DNA of 48,598 nucleotides from positions 1-48,598 of IMG/VR virus record IMGVR_UViG_3300037419_002256; one strand, 5' to 3'. Each line of letters opens with the position of its first letter. Within the stretch, counting starts at the first letter, position 1. Made by a program: the position numbers and the translations under genes. This stretch comes from a virus (Duplodnaviria; Caudoviricetes). Positions 8,592 through 17,847 of the stretch are shown one piece after another. A model generated the notes under the pieces. The model had not been told where the DNA came from, did no database searches, and saw nothing but the letters and a program-made list of their open reading frames with translations.

Positions 8592-8746
8592 AGGAGGAAC
8601 TCCTCGATCAACTGATCAGCGACGCCGTCGAGTACGGGCGCCTCGAGCAGAAGCACGACGACATCCGCTCGCGGATGCGGTGGTTCGCAACGAACGTCTT
8701 CCGGACGAAGCAGGCTCTGCTCGTCGACCCGAAGAAAGTGAACTGA
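8588..8746 (+). CDS. Hypothetical protein (52 aa)
   Basis: AGGAG SD, GTGA overlap with the HD gene, TGATG coupling. Confidence 0.55.
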   Translation: MKEELLDQLISDAVEYGRLEQKHDDIRSRMRWFATNVFRTKQALLVDPKKVN

Positions 8747-8970
8747 TGTCCGCAACAGTCGAGATCAAGACCAGCATCACCATCAAGCCCGAGGACAACG
8801 GCGATGTTGACGTCGTCATCGAGGACGGCGGCGAGCTTAAGCTCAAGCAAGGCAACGACGCCGTCTGGATCAACAAGGCCGGCTCGATCGCGCTCGCCCG
8901 CATCATCCTTCAACGCCACCAGATCAGCTTCGAGCCGATCTTCATCCAAGAGGTCGATTACACCGCATGA
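8746..8970 (+). CDS. Hypothetical protein
   Basis: ATG 8746 (MSATVEIK), coupled on both sides. Confidence 0.6.
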   Translation: MSATVEIKTSITIKPEDNGDVDVVIEDGGELKLKQGNDAVWINKAGSIALARIILQRHQISFEPIFIQEVDYTA

Positions 8971-9161
8971 CCACCACCGTAACCGTCAAAACCGCCGCCC
9001 ACGCCGCTCGAGTCAGCGAGTATCCCTACGACGCTGATTTGAACCCCCTGCCGGATGCTGAGTATCGCGAGATTGCGACCGTAGCGCCGCACAGCGAGCA
9101 GACGTTCGCCGCGCATGCTCATGCCGACATCCTCGTGCAGGAGCTGCCGCAGGATGCATAG
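8967..9161 (+). CDS. Hypothetical protein
   Basis: ATGA overlap, operon packing. Confidence 0.6.
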   Translation: MTTTVTVKTAAHAARVSEYPYDADLNPLPDAEYREIATVAPHSEQTFAAHAHADILVQELPQDA

Positions 9162-9570
9162 CTTCGCCGAATATGAAGAAGCCGCCCTCGGCATGGCGAT
9201 CTACCCCGGCCAGGGCGGACCTCTCGGCCTGTCCTATGTCGCGCTGAAAGGTGCCGGCGAGGCCGGCGAATTCGCCGAGCACGTCGGCAAGGCCATTCGG
9301 GACGACAAGTTCGGCCAGCCGATCTACCGCCAGGTCGACTACGATCGCCTAAACGAGCGGCCCGTTCTTGTTCCAACCGGTGAGACCGTCGAGCTCACCC
9401 CTGAGCGCCGCGCTCTGCTCCGGAAGGAAGTCGGCGACCAGCTCTGGTATCTCGCCGCCAAGGCTCGCGAGCTCGGCACCAACCTGAGCGAGATCGCCGC
9501 CGAGAACATCGACAAGCTGCGCGACCGTAAGGAGCGCGGGGTGCTTGGCGGTTCCGGGGACAACCGGTGA
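9154..9570 (+). CDS. MazG-like nucleoside triphosphate pyrophosphohydrolase
   Basis: GEAGEFAEHVGK...KEVGDQLWY...NIDKLRDR...GSGDNR; ATG 9154 with AGGAG SD. Confidence 0.85.
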   Translation: MHSFAEYEEAALGMAIYPGQGGPLGLSYVALKGAGEAGEFAEHVGKAIRDDKFGQPIYRQVDYDRLNERPVLVPTGETVELTPERRALLRKEVGDQLWYLAAKARELGTNLSEIAAENIDKLRDRKERGVLGGSGDNR

Positions 9571-9665
9571 GAGAGCGGTGGCAAGAGCTTAGCGGCGCCC
9601 GCCACACCGCGATCCTCGCGCTGATCGTCCTCGCCGTCATGGCGTACTGCTTCCCGTCGCTCTGA
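9567..9665 (+). CDS. Small membrane peptide (32 aa)
   Basis: GTGA/TGATG coupling; hydrophobic AILALIVLAVMAYCF. Confidence 0.45.
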   Translation: MRERWQELSGARHTAILALIVLAVMAYCFPSL

Positions 9666-9904
9666 TGCTCGTCGCGGTCGGCGTCCTGGGCGTGCTCCTG
9701 GGCATGCTCAACTACTGGCTGCTCGTCACCGGCCGGGTCGTCTCAGACGGCCCGGCCTACCTGCTTATCAACGTCGTCGCGGCGCTGCTCATGCTGTCGT
9801 CGCTCTTCGCTCAATTCAACCTGCCGACACTGATGATCAACGCCTTCTACCTGGGCGTGTCGCTGTGGGGGCTTTGGAGACTTCGATATGCAACCACTGC
9901 TTGA
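9665..9904 (+). CDS. Small 3-TM membrane protein (CBU_0592-like)
   Basis: G.LG...Y.LL..GR......Y.L.N..AA.L...SL...FNL pattern. Confidence 0.6.
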   Translation: MLVAVGVLGVLLGMLNYWLLVTGRVVSDGPAYLLINVVAALLMLSSLFAQFNLPTLMINAFYLGVSLWGLWRLRYATTA

Positions 9905-10262
9905 TGTGACCGTCGCTGACGGCAAGTACCGTATCGTCCAGCAGGACAGTACGAGCGACGCCGAGGCCTTTCGCTACGGCGAAGGCTGGATCCAGAACCT
10001 TATCACCACGCCCGGAGCGAACATGCTCCTGGCGATGGCTCGAGAGCTCGAGGAACTCCGCGGTCCCATCCCGTTGAAGTTCGCGATGGGCGCCGCCGTC
10101 CAGCGCTCCGGCGACAACCCGGCCTATCGCTTCCCGGGCTTCGTCTGCGGCTTCTACCGCAGCGGCACTGGTGCGGTTGGCTACGCCGTCGCTCACCGCG
10201 ACGAGCCCGGCCTCATCCACATCTTTTCCGAGCGCATGCTCGAGGAGCGTGTTGATGGATAA
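9888..10262 (+). CDS. Protein with C-terminal DfrB/R67 DHFR-like SH3 domain
   Basis: KFAMGAAVQR...FPGFVCGFY...GYAVAHRDEPGLIHIFSERMLE aligns by eye with R67 TFGMGDRVRK...WQGQIVGWY...[22 protein letters not shown]. Confidence 0.6.
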   Translation: MQPLLDVTVADGKYRIVQQDSTSDAEAFRYGEGWIQNLITTPGANMLLAMARELEELRGPIPLKFAMGAAVQRSGDNPAYRFPGFVCGFYRSGTGAVGYAVAHRDEPGLIHIFSERMLEERVDG

Positions 10263-10749
10263 GATCCTTCGAGCCTTCGATTACGCCACCAACATCATTC
10301 TCGATAAGGTCGACGAAGTCTGGTTCGTCATCGATGCGAACAAGGCGGAACCCGAGGTCAATTGGCCTGGGGAGTTGCTCTCGCACAGCGAGGGCATGCG
10401 TTATGAGGACGCGAAGGAGGTTCAGCGCCAGCACCGCGCCAAGATCCTGATTGCGGCGATGGGGCTCACCGAGCAGCAGTACCTGTTGATCCAGCTCGCC
10501 GAGGAATGCGCCGAGGTCACACAGCGCGTGTGTAAGGCTCTCCGTTTCGGGATGGACGAAGTTCAGCCCGGCCAGGAGCTCGACAACGCTGAACGTATCG
10601 ATCAGGAGTTCACCGATCTCCTGACGGTCCATGACGAGTTGGTCGAGCGGTGCGAGCTGCTGCCGCAGCAGCCGTGCAAAGCGAAGCGCGAGAAGATCGC
10701 CAAATACATGGACTACTCGCGCGAGCAAGGCGTCCTGGTGCCGGCATGA
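10255..10749 (+). CDS. Second MazG-like protein with N-terminal extension
   Basis: LAEECAEVTQRVCKALRFG...IDQEFTDL; ATG 10255 after GAGGAG. Confidence 0.7.
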   Translation: MDKILRAFDYATNIILDKVDEVWFVIDANKAEPEVNWPGELLSHSEGMRYEDAKEVQRQHRAKILIAAMGLTEQQYLLIQLAEECAEVTQRVCKALRFGMDEVQPGQELDNAERIDQEFTDLLTVHDELVERCELLPQQPCKAKREKIAKYMDYSREQGVLVPA

Positions 10750-10907
10750 TCTTCGTGGACCTCTACATCATCACCGGCTCGGTGCTCGTGACCCTGAACG
10801 CCGGTGACATCAAGCACCATGTGCCCGATCCGATGAGCATCGCCTCAATCCTGGTCACCGCGATCACCTGGGGCCTGACCTGGCCATGGTGGGTGTTCAA
10901 GCGATGA
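10746..10907 (+). CDS. Small membrane protein
   Basis: ATGA overlaps on both sides; two hydrophobic segments. Confidence 0.55.
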   Translation: MIFVDLYIITGSVLVTLNAGDIKHHVPDPMSIASILVTAITWGLTWPWWVFKR

Positions 10908-12538
10908 GCGAGAAGCCGACCCTTCGCCCCGACCAGTTCGAAGACCTCGCCTTTGCCATCGCCAACCCCAAGTCCGGGAACCTGAACGACCCCGGCACCG
11001 GCAAGACGCCGACGGCCTGCGTGCTCTTCTACTACTGGTGGACGCGCAAGGGCTGGCGGACGGTGTGGGCGATGCCGAAGTCGCTGATGAAGAAGAACCG
11101 CGAGGAGCTGCTTCGCTTCACCGACTTCACCGAGGACGACGTCGTCATCATGGAGAGCGACCATGCGGCGCTCACCAAGGACTGGACGGGCCCGACGTTC
11201 GAGCGCTTCAAGAAGATCCACGCCTACAGGGTGTGGACGCTCGACGGCACGCCGAAGCTGACCAACAGCTACGAGCTGCGTGACCAGACGCTGATCGAGT
11301 ACGACAACGAGCTCGGCTACCGCCCGCTCGGCAAGAAGGTGCCGTGGGCGGCGAACCGGCCGGAGGGCACGCTTGTCCGGACCCACAAGGGCCCCGACGG
11401 GAAGCCGCTCAAGGAGAAGATCCTCGAGCCGGAGGTGGCGAAGGACCTGATCGCCGCCAACAAGGAGGCGAAGGTCTTCATCTGCACCTTCGCGTTCCTG
11501 CGGAACCACTACGAGCGGTTGCTCCGCACGATCCCGACGATCGGCGGCTTCGGCATCGACGAGTTCCACATGGGTTACGGAACGCCGAGCTCGGAGCAGA
11601 CGATCAGCTTCTACCACGTCGCCAACCACTGCCAGGGCCTGTTCGCAATGACCGGCACGTTGGTCGACGGTCGCCTCGACAGCGCCTTCCCGCTCGTCCA
11701 CGCGATCGAGCCACGCTACTACGGTGGCTATTCCGGCTTCGTCGACGAGCACGCCGCCTGGATCAACGACTACGGCAAGGTCGAGAGCTGGAAGAACGAG
11801 GCGAAGCTGAAGGCGATCCTCGAGCGGCACACCGTGCGCCGCGACTTCGAGAGCGTCTACGGCAAGGAGCCGGTCTACTTCACGCCGATCGAGCAGACTA
11901 CGCTCGAGATGCTGCCCGACCAGCGCAAGGCCTACGACGTCTTCCACGAGCAGGCGATGCTCGAGCTCCAGAACGGCGACGTGCTCGACGGCTCGCTGGC
12001 GGGCGTTGCGACGATCAGGGCGTGCCAGATCATGGCGCACCCCGAGACCATGGGCATCTGCGTTGGCGAGATGACCGAGAAGGACCGGCGTCTGATGGAA
12101 TACGCCTGCGAGGGCCGGCCGATCCTCGTCTTCTCCGCGGCGGTTCCGGAACAGGAGCGCTGCGTTCAGCGTCTTGAAGAGGTGGGCCTGAAGGTCGGGC
12201 TCATCAACAATTCCGTTTTGCTCAATGAGCGGAACGCGATCGATCTGGACTTCCGCAACGGACGTCTGGACGCCATCGTCGGCTCCGGCCCAACCGTGGC
12301 CGTGGGCTATAATTGGGAGCGAGCCGATCACGTCATCGGCGTCTCCTGGGACTATAAGGACGTCAATTTCCTCCAGGCTTACCGCCGTGCCAGCCGAGGC
12401 ACTCGCACCACGACGTTGCGGGTGAGCTCGCTGGTTTACAGAGCTTCGGTAGACTTCCGGAAGCTCGACATCCTCGCGAGCAAGTCACAGCTCGCTAATC
12501 GCGTAGACGAGACCCGCAAGGTTCTCGCCTTTTGGTAA
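10904..12538 (+). CDS. Superfamily 2 (SNF2-like) DNA helicase
   Basis: Walker A PGTGKT, DEFH, MTGT, AVGYN, QAYRRASR. Confidence 0.88.
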   Translation: MSEKPTLRPDQFEDLAFAIANPKSGNLNDPGTGKTPTACVLFYYWWTRKGWRTVWAMPKSLMKKNREELLRFTDFTEDDVVIMESDHAALTKDWTGPTFERFKKIHAYRVWTLDGTPKLTNSYELRDQTLIEYDNELGYRPLGKKVPWAANRPEGTLVRTHKGPDGKPLKEKILEPEVAKDLIAANKEAKVFICTFAFLRNHYERLLRTIPTIGGFGIDEFHMGYGTPSSEQTISFYHVANHCQGLFAMTGTLVDGRLDSAFPLVHAIEPRYYGGYSGFVDEHAAWINDYGKVESWKNEAKLKAILERHTVRRDFESVYGKEPVYFTPIEQTTLEMLPDQRKAYDVFHEQAMLELQNGDVLDGSLAGVATIRACQIMAHPETMGICVGEMTEKDRRLMEYACEGRPILVFSAAVPEQERCVQRLEEVGLKVGLINNSVLLNERNAIDLDFRNGRLDAIVGSGPTVAVGYNWERADHVIGVSWDYKDVNFLQAYRRASRGTRTTTLRVSSLVYRASVDFRKLDILASKSQLANRVDETRKVLAFW

Positions 12539-12540
12539 CA

Positions 12541-12555
12541 AGTGACTCAGTCACT
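12541..12555. promoter_or_regulatory. Palindromic motif copy 4 (arms extend to AAGTGAC/GTCACTT)
   Basis: AGTGAC-TCA-GTCACT two bases after the helicase stop. Confidence 0.8.
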
Positions 12556-12640
12556 TCTCTGTAAACCTTAGAAAATCTCACGTTTCGGTCTCAAAGAGAT
12601 CGACGGGCAATTGTGCCCATAGAAGGAAACAGAAACGATT

Positions 12641-13333
12641 ATGGCTACCAATCCAGCATCTGCTCTCGATAATGTCATGGCCGAGGCCGAAGCCCGCGCC
12701 GGCACCCTGGTGCCGCTCCCGGGCAACGCCCCCAATCTTGTTCCGGCCCCTGCCGCGAACTCGAACGTGACCCTTGCCAAGCCGACGATGGACAGCTTCA
12801 TCGACGGCGGCGGCATGGACGTCGACGAGTATTTCCGCGTGAAGCCGACCGGCTTCAAGATCGGCGACACCATGCAGGGCCTCATCGAGGAAGCGATCGT
12901 CGAGATCGACCTCAGCGAGGTCACGCCGATCTATTCGTTCCGTGTCGAAGTCGGCGGCACCATCCAGTTCATCAAGAGCTACGATGGCGTCAGCACGTCG
13001 GATGCGAAGAACTTCCAGGCGGAAGTCGATCGCCTGACCCGCATCGGCGCGAAGCCGAGCGGCGTCTACCAGTCGGCCGAGATCCCGGTCACGCTCCTCG
13101 AGGACATCGAGGATCCGAAGAAGGGCTCGAGCGTCAAGATCGAAGCGGGCACCCGCGTCGGCTACACGCCGGCCGTGACCGGCTTCAAGCCGTTCCAGGC
13201 GTTCATGAAGAAGCTCCGGGCGCAGAACCCGGCGCTGCTCAATTCGACGGTCAAGGTCAAGCTCGTCCACGAGCAGAAGACCAAGGGCTCGTACGAATGG
13301 GGCGTCCTGAACTTCGAGCTGATCGAGGGCTAA
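12641..13333 (+). CDS. Replication-module protein, possibly ssDNA-binding
   Basis: AAGGA SD, strongly biased codons, position between helicase and exonuclease/polymerase; function inferred from position only. Confidence 0.5.
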   Translation: MATNPASALDNVMAEAEARAGTLVPLPGNAPNLVPAPAANSNVTLAKPTMDSFIDGGGMDVDEYFRVKPTGFKIGDTMQGLIEEAIVEIDLSEVTPIYSFRVEVGGTIQFIKSYDGVSTSDAKNFQAEVDRLTRIGAKPSGVYQSAEIPVTLLEDIEDPKKGSSVKIEAGTRVGYTPAVTGFKPFQAFMKKLRAQNPALLNSTVKVKLVHEQKTKGSYEWGVLNFELIEG

Positions 13334-13363
13334 GGTCTGTTGGCGGTCTCGTCCCCCTCCCCC

Positions 13364-13678
13364 ATGACCGCCAACGCGAGGCGGGCGCTCGGCGCCCGCC
13401 TCGTTTCTTTCGCGGAGAATTGGTTCGACATCCCCGAGGGGACGGTGACGAACCCGAAAAGGCGAAACGGCAACATCACTCGCGCCCGCTGGGCGCTTGC
13501 AATCGCGCTGGCCGACGTGGCCGGCTGGAGCATCAATTCGATCGCGACCGACCTTCTCGGCCAGGCCGATCACACTTCCCTCGCCAAGGGTCTTCCGAGC
13601 GCTCGCAAGCTGCTCCGGGAAGACGCAGCATTCTTCGACGCCGTTGAGCGTCTCAAGCGAGAGATCGCACCGGAATGA
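13364..13678 (+). CDS. Stand-alone DnaA C-terminal (domain IV) DNA-binding protein
   Basis: PKRRNGNITRARW...WSINSIATDLLGQADHTSL...LLRED aligns with DnaA SKRRSRSVARPRQ...HSLPEIGDAFGGRDHTTV...LREE. Confidence 0.75.
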   Translation: MTANARRALGARLVSFAENWFDIPEGTVTNPKRRNGNITRARWALAIALADVAGWSINSIATDLLGQADHTSLAKGLPSARKLLREDAAFFDAVERLKREIAPE

Positions 13679-14457
13679 TCCACCTCTACGACGGTAACAA
13701 CGTCATGCTCCGCGACCTGGACAAGGTCGGGCATGAGCGGATCGGCCTGCGCCGACGCTACGAGATCAGCAACACGGGCATGCACCTGTGGTGCTGGGAC
13801 GGACGCAACCATAATCTCCGCCGACAGGTCCTCTACCCTGACTACAAGGCCAACCGCACGCCGATGGGCGAGGATCGCTTCGCGCAGATCGGTGTGTTCC
13901 GCGAGGCGCTGGCTCATTCCAACGCCTTCCAGGTCGAGTGCGACGGCTGGGAAGCGGACGACGTGATCGGCTCGCTGGTCCACCGCTTTGCCAGCCGGAA
14001 GGATCCGATCAAGGTCACGGTCCACACCAACGACCTCGATTACTGGCAGCTGATGTCGTACTCCAATGTGACGATCGACGGCATCCGCATGCAGGCCGTG
14101 CCCAATTGCGAGCCGCACCACATCCCTCTATACAAGGCGCTCGTCGGAGACCCCTCCGACAACATCAAGGGCGTCCCGGGCTTCGGCCCCAAGAGCTGGA
14201 ACGCCCTGACGCCGCCCGATCGCAAGAAGCTGCTTCGCGCGATCGAAGAAGATGACGCGGGGATCATCCCGCAGCTGCCGCTGCCGACGCGGCCACGCAA
14301 TCTTTTGCTCAACTCTGAGAATCGCAAGGAGGCGCGTCGTGCGCTTGCCGTCACCCGGTTCCTGCCTGTCCCCGAAGCCGAGCTCGACGCCGGCATCAAG
14401 AAAGGCGTCCTCAATCGCGAGGCCGCTGACTCCCTTTTCCGGAGGTTCTTCCTCTGA
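13675..14457 (+). CDS. 5'-3' exonuclease / flap endonuclease (T5 D15, T4 RNase H-like)
   Basis: DGNN, YPDYKANR, EADDVIG, DLDYWQL, GDPSDNIKGVPGFGPK (H3TH). Confidence 0.92.
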   Translation: MIHLYDGNNVMLRDLDKVGHERIGLRRRYEISNTGMHLWCWDGRNHNLRRQVLYPDYKANRTPMGEDRFAQIGVFREALAHSNAFQVECDGWEADDVIGSLVHRFASRKDPIKVTVHTNDLDYWQLMSYSNVTIDGIRMQAVPNCEPHHIPLYKALVGDPSDNIKGVPGFGPKSWNALTPPDRKKLLRAIEEDDAGIIPQLPLPTRPRNLLLNSENRKEARRALAVTRFLPVPEAELDAGIKKGVLNREAADSLFRRFFL

Positions 14458-14684
14458 CCTACGCTGAAATCATTGAACAAGCCGTCCGCGAGAAAGCGGA
14501 AGGCGGCGCCACGCTCGGGGACATCACCTTCCCGCTGATCAACATGATCTGCACGATGGTCGCGAACGTGGTGGTCTCCAACCGCCTCGAGCCCGTCGAA
14601 GAGATCGAGAACGTCCAGCAGACGATCGAAGAGCTCTACGAGAAATATCTCGCCGCCTACAACGCCGAGGAACACGCACGATGA
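14454..14684 (+). CDS. Hypothetical 76-aa protein with probable CTG start (missed by ORF track)
   Basis: GGAGG at 14441-14445, CTG at 14454 overlapping the exonuclease TGA, open frame with GC3 codons, TGA overlapping the polymerase ATG. Confidence 0.6.
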   Translation: MTYAEIIEQAVREKAEGGATLGDITFPLINMICTMVANVVVSNRLEPVEEIENVQQTIEELYEKYLAAYNAEEHAR

Positions 14685-17362
14685 TCCGCTCGATGCTGCT
14701 CGACGCGCGGTCCTCGGACGAGGACTTCCAGCGCGCCGTTGCCGAGATCGCGTCGGCCGAAATCCTCGGCCTCGACTGCGAGACGACGGACGAGGAGACG
14801 GCGCACGCCGGCATCCAGTCCTACCGCAACAAGAAGCGGTGGGTGTTCGATCACCGCCGCACGACCATGACCGGCTTCTCGTTCTACAAGGACGGGAGCG
14901 ACACCGCCTGGTACGTCAACCTCGCCCACGCCGACGTCGAGAACCGGCTCCCGCGACGCAAGGCCGACATCCTGCTCAGCCAGGTGCCGGAGAATTGCCT
15001 GACGATCGCCCACAACGCGGCGTTCGAATATGTGATGTTCGAGCAGTGCCTGGGCGTCGTCCTGAAGTCGGTGATCTGCACGATGCAGATGGCCGTCAGC
15101 CACCACGGTCCCGACGAATATGACCCGCAGCTCTTCTTCGCCCAGCCGCTCACGCACATCGCCAAGTTTCGCAAGCGGATCGAGCAGGCCTTCGCCAACT
15201 ACGACCCGGAGACCCGCGGCCGGAGCCTGACGAGCGAGCAGGCCGAGCTCCTGGGTCTGTTCACCGGCAAGACCTCGACCGCCGCCCATTCGTACAACGG
15301 CTTCGTCAGCGAGATCGCCTTCGGCTACAGCCTCAAGAAGCTGGTCAAGAGCCTGTTCGGCTACCAGATGGTCACCTACGACGAGGTGCTGAAAGCAGCC
15401 GGCGCAACCCACATGGGCCAGCTCACCGGCGACCAGGTCGTCAGTTACGGCGCCGACGACGCCTATTGGGCGGTGCGCGTCTTCCACCAGCTGAAGGACA
15501 GCCTGCTCCAGACCAACCCGCGGCTGCTGCAGACCTTCCTCACGCAAGAGAACCCGATGGTCCGCGTCTTCGCCGACTGCTGGCGCGACGGGCTTCGCCT
15601 CAACTCGGAAGAGGTGACCGCCAAGCGCGACGCCGAGCGGGCGAACATGGCGCAGATCCTGCGCGAGTTTAAGCCGCTGATCGCCAGCTACCTGCCGTTC
15701 CCCGACGAGCCGAACGAGAAGCTCATGGACAAGCAGGCCAAGTGGTACGTCGGGCCCGGCGGTGCGAACTGGAAGCGCATCCGCGAGCGCATCATAAACT
15801 GGGCGCTATCCCCGGATAGTGCCAACGATTTCGAGCAATGCACCCAGTGCTCGAACCCGGTCGGCAACGCCTGGGCCGACGAGTGCGGTGTCGCGCTTCC
15901 GAAGAACCTGCTGAACCCGGTCTACTACCAGGGCATGCGAGTGATCCTGCACGACTTGATGGGCCTGCCGCTGGTCTACAGCGAAGGCGAGATCACGTCG
16001 GACAAGGAAGCGCGCGGCAAGATGCTGATCAAGGCCGAGAAGGCCGGCGACGAGCGTGCCCAGGCGGTGTTGAAGGCCTATCAGCGGCTGGCGGACGTCG
16101 AGCAGACCATGAAGCTCTACCTGACGCCCTACAGCCAGCTGATGGATCCCGAGACGCACCACGTCTATCCGAACATCAGCTCGGAACTGGCGACGCGGCG
16201 CATGGCCTGCTCGTTCCCCAACGTCATGGCGCTCAGCAAATATTCGGAGAGCAAATATGTCCGAGGCTTCTACCTGCCCGACGAGGTGGATCATGTCGTC
16301 ATCTCCGCGGATTGGAGCTCAGTGGAGCTGGTGCTCATCGGAGACATGTCGGGCGACCATGGCTTCCGTGAGGTCTTCGGCCAGATTCCTTACGGAGACC
16401 TTCATACCGGCGCCGCGGCTGACTGCCTGGGCGTCAAGACGCTTCCCGGCCTGACCGAGGAAGAGTATCGCGAATTCAAGTTCGGCCGGAACCCGAACAA
16501 CCGCCGGCTCGTCCACATCTTCACCGGCCAGGAGATGGACCCGAAGTCCTTCTACAAGCTGACCCGCGGCACGCCAGTCGGCAAGGGTGCCAACTTCAAC
16601 TACTGGTACTCGGGCTCGCTTTCGACGGTGGGCATGAACCTTGGCTGGTCGACGGACGAGATGTGGCAGGCGGTCGATCGCTATCGCTCGCGCTTCCCGC
16701 TCGCCGAGCAGTGGCGTGTCGGGACACAGAACGAGGCCGTCGAATTCGGCTTCGTCGAGCTGCCCGACCATCACCGTCGGGTACGGCTCGAGGCGACGCC
16801 CTCGTGGGCGACCTGCATGACGCGCAAGTTCGCCGACATCTCCGCCAGCCCCGGCATGCTCGCCTACGCCGAGCTCGCCATTCGCCGCATCCAGAGCCGC
16901 GCCAAGAACCAGGCCGTGAACGCGAAGATCCAGGGGACCTGCTCAACGCTCGCCAAGCGCTCGGTGATCAACATGCGCGCCGAGATCGAGCGGAGGGGCT
17001 GGGCCAACTACGTCGCCGAGAGCCAGCGGCCGGGTGGTCGCGGGCGGTTCATGATGCCGATCCACGACGAGACGGTCTGGTCGGTTCACCGCGACCTGGC
17101 GCCGGAATTCATCCCGGTCCTGCGCGCGGTCAAGACCAACCATCCGGACATCGTCACGAGCCTGCCGCTGCACTGCACGGTGAGCGTCGGGCGCACGTTC
17201 AAGCCCTACGACAGCAAGAACCCGGCCTTCAGCCAGATCGAGCTCGATGAAGCCGAGCCGATCGAGGGCCTGATCGACTGCGAGCTCGAGGGCAAGCCGC
17301 TCCCCGACGACATCGTCCGGAGGGTGATCGAGTTCGTGGCCGATGCTAAGGTGGCCGCGTGA
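14681..17362 (+). CDS. Family A DNA polymerase with 3'-5' exonuclease domain
   Basis: Exo motifs DCETT, HNAAFE, YGADDA; pol motif A ADWSSVEL, B GKGANFNYWY, C PIHDE. Confidence 0.93.
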   Translation: MIRSMLLDARSSDEDFQRAVAEIASAEILGLDCETTDEETAHAGIQSYRNKKRWVFDHRRTTMTGFSFYKDGSDTAWYVNLAHADVENRLPRRKADILLSQVPENCLTIAHNAAFEYVMFEQCLGVVLKSVICTMQMAVSHHGPDEYDPQLFFAQPLTHIAKFRKRIEQAFANYDPETRGRSLTSEQAELLGLFTGKTSTAAHSYNGFVSEIAFGYSLKKLVKSLFGYQMVTYDEVLKAAGATHMGQLTGDQVVSYGADDAYWAVRVFHQLKDSLLQTNPRLLQTFLTQENPMVRVFADCWRDGLRLNSEEVTAKRDAERANMAQILREFKPLIASYLPFPDEPNEKLMDKQAKWYVGPGGANWKRIRERIINWALSPDSANDFEQCTQCSNPVGNAWADECGVALPKNLLNPVYYQGMRVILHDLMGLPLVYSEGEITSDKEARGKMLIKAEKAGDERAQAVLKAYQRLADVEQTMKLYLTPYSQLMDPETHHVYPNISSELATRRMACSFPNVMALSKYSESKYVRGFYLPDEVDHVVISADWSSVELVLIGDMSGDHGFREVFGQIPYGDLHTGAAADCLGVKTLPGLTEEEYREFKFGRNPNNRRLVHIFTGQEMDPKSFYKLTRGTPVGKGANFNYWYSGSLSTVGMNLGWSTDEMWQAVDRYRSRFPLAEQWRVGTQNEAVEFGFVELPDHHRRVRLEATPSWATCMTRKFADISASPGMLAYAELAIRRIQSRAKNQAVNAKIQGTCSTLAKRSVINMRAEIERRGWANYVAESQRPGGRGRFMMPIHDETVWSVHRDLAPEFIPVLRAVKTNHPDIVTSLPLHCTVSVGRTFKPYDSKNPAFSQIELDEAEPIEGLIDCELEGKPLPDDIVRRVIEFVADAKVAA

Positions 17363-17562
17363 CGGACTGGCGGGTGAAAATCTCCGGTAAACCTTTCTCT
17401 GTGACGCGAGAACCAGGCTACTACTGGGTTAAGCTCGACGCCGTCGAAGACTGGGAGCCGGCCCTCTGGACCGGTGATCACTGGGTGCTGCTCGGCACCG
17501 GCGTCCGCAAGGACGACCCCGAGGTGCCCGAAGTGATAGGTGACCCAGTCACTTCTCCCTAA
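17359..17562 (+). CDS. Hypothetical protein
   Basis: GTGA overlap; REPGYYWVK...WEPALWTG small phage-domain pattern. Confidence 0.6.
   Translation: MTDWRVKISGKPFSVTREPGYYWVKLDAVEDWEPALWTGDHWVLLGTGVRKDDPEVPEVIGDPVTSP
17539..17553. promoter_or_regulatory. Palindromic motif copy 5
   Basis: GGTGAC-CCA-GTCACT at the gene end, before the next intergenic gap. Confidence 0.7.
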
Positions 17563-17622
17563 TCCCGGGCGTCGCTGACTCCCGCGTCTTACAGCGGTTC
17601 CTCAACAGTCACGAGGAACCAC

Positions 17623-17847
17623 ATGCGCGACGACGATATCTTTCCGCCCTGGGCCTACGCCTTCGCCGGGCTCGTCATCTACCTCGTCGGCGTGGCCGTC
17701 TGTTATGTGATCCCTGCGTTCGCATTCCTGACGATCGACCCGACCGAGTTCGGCCCTGTCGGCCGCGGCCTCTTCATCGTTCTCGGCCTCGCCTGGACCG
17801 TCCTGTTCATCCACGCCGCGAACGACAATGGCCCCGAGGAAGAATGA
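17623..17847 (+). CDS. Two-TM membrane protein
   Basis: GAGGA SD; two hydrophobic helices. Confidence 0.6.
   Translation: MRDDDIFPPWAYAFAGLVIYLVGVAVCYVIPAFAFLTIDPTEFGPVGRGLFIVLGLAWTVLFIHAANDNGPEEE

Noticed and set aside
8037-17362. Z-genome (2-aminoadenine) system suggested by HD hydrolase, MazG and PolA
   Set aside because: No PurZ/adenylosuccinate-synthetase-like gene in the window; these enzymes are common in ordinary phages. The unseen part of the genome cannot be excluded.
14681-17362. Intein or intron in the polymerase, RNR or helicase
   Set aside because: Frames are continuous, with no splice-junction residues or homing endonuclease motifs recognised
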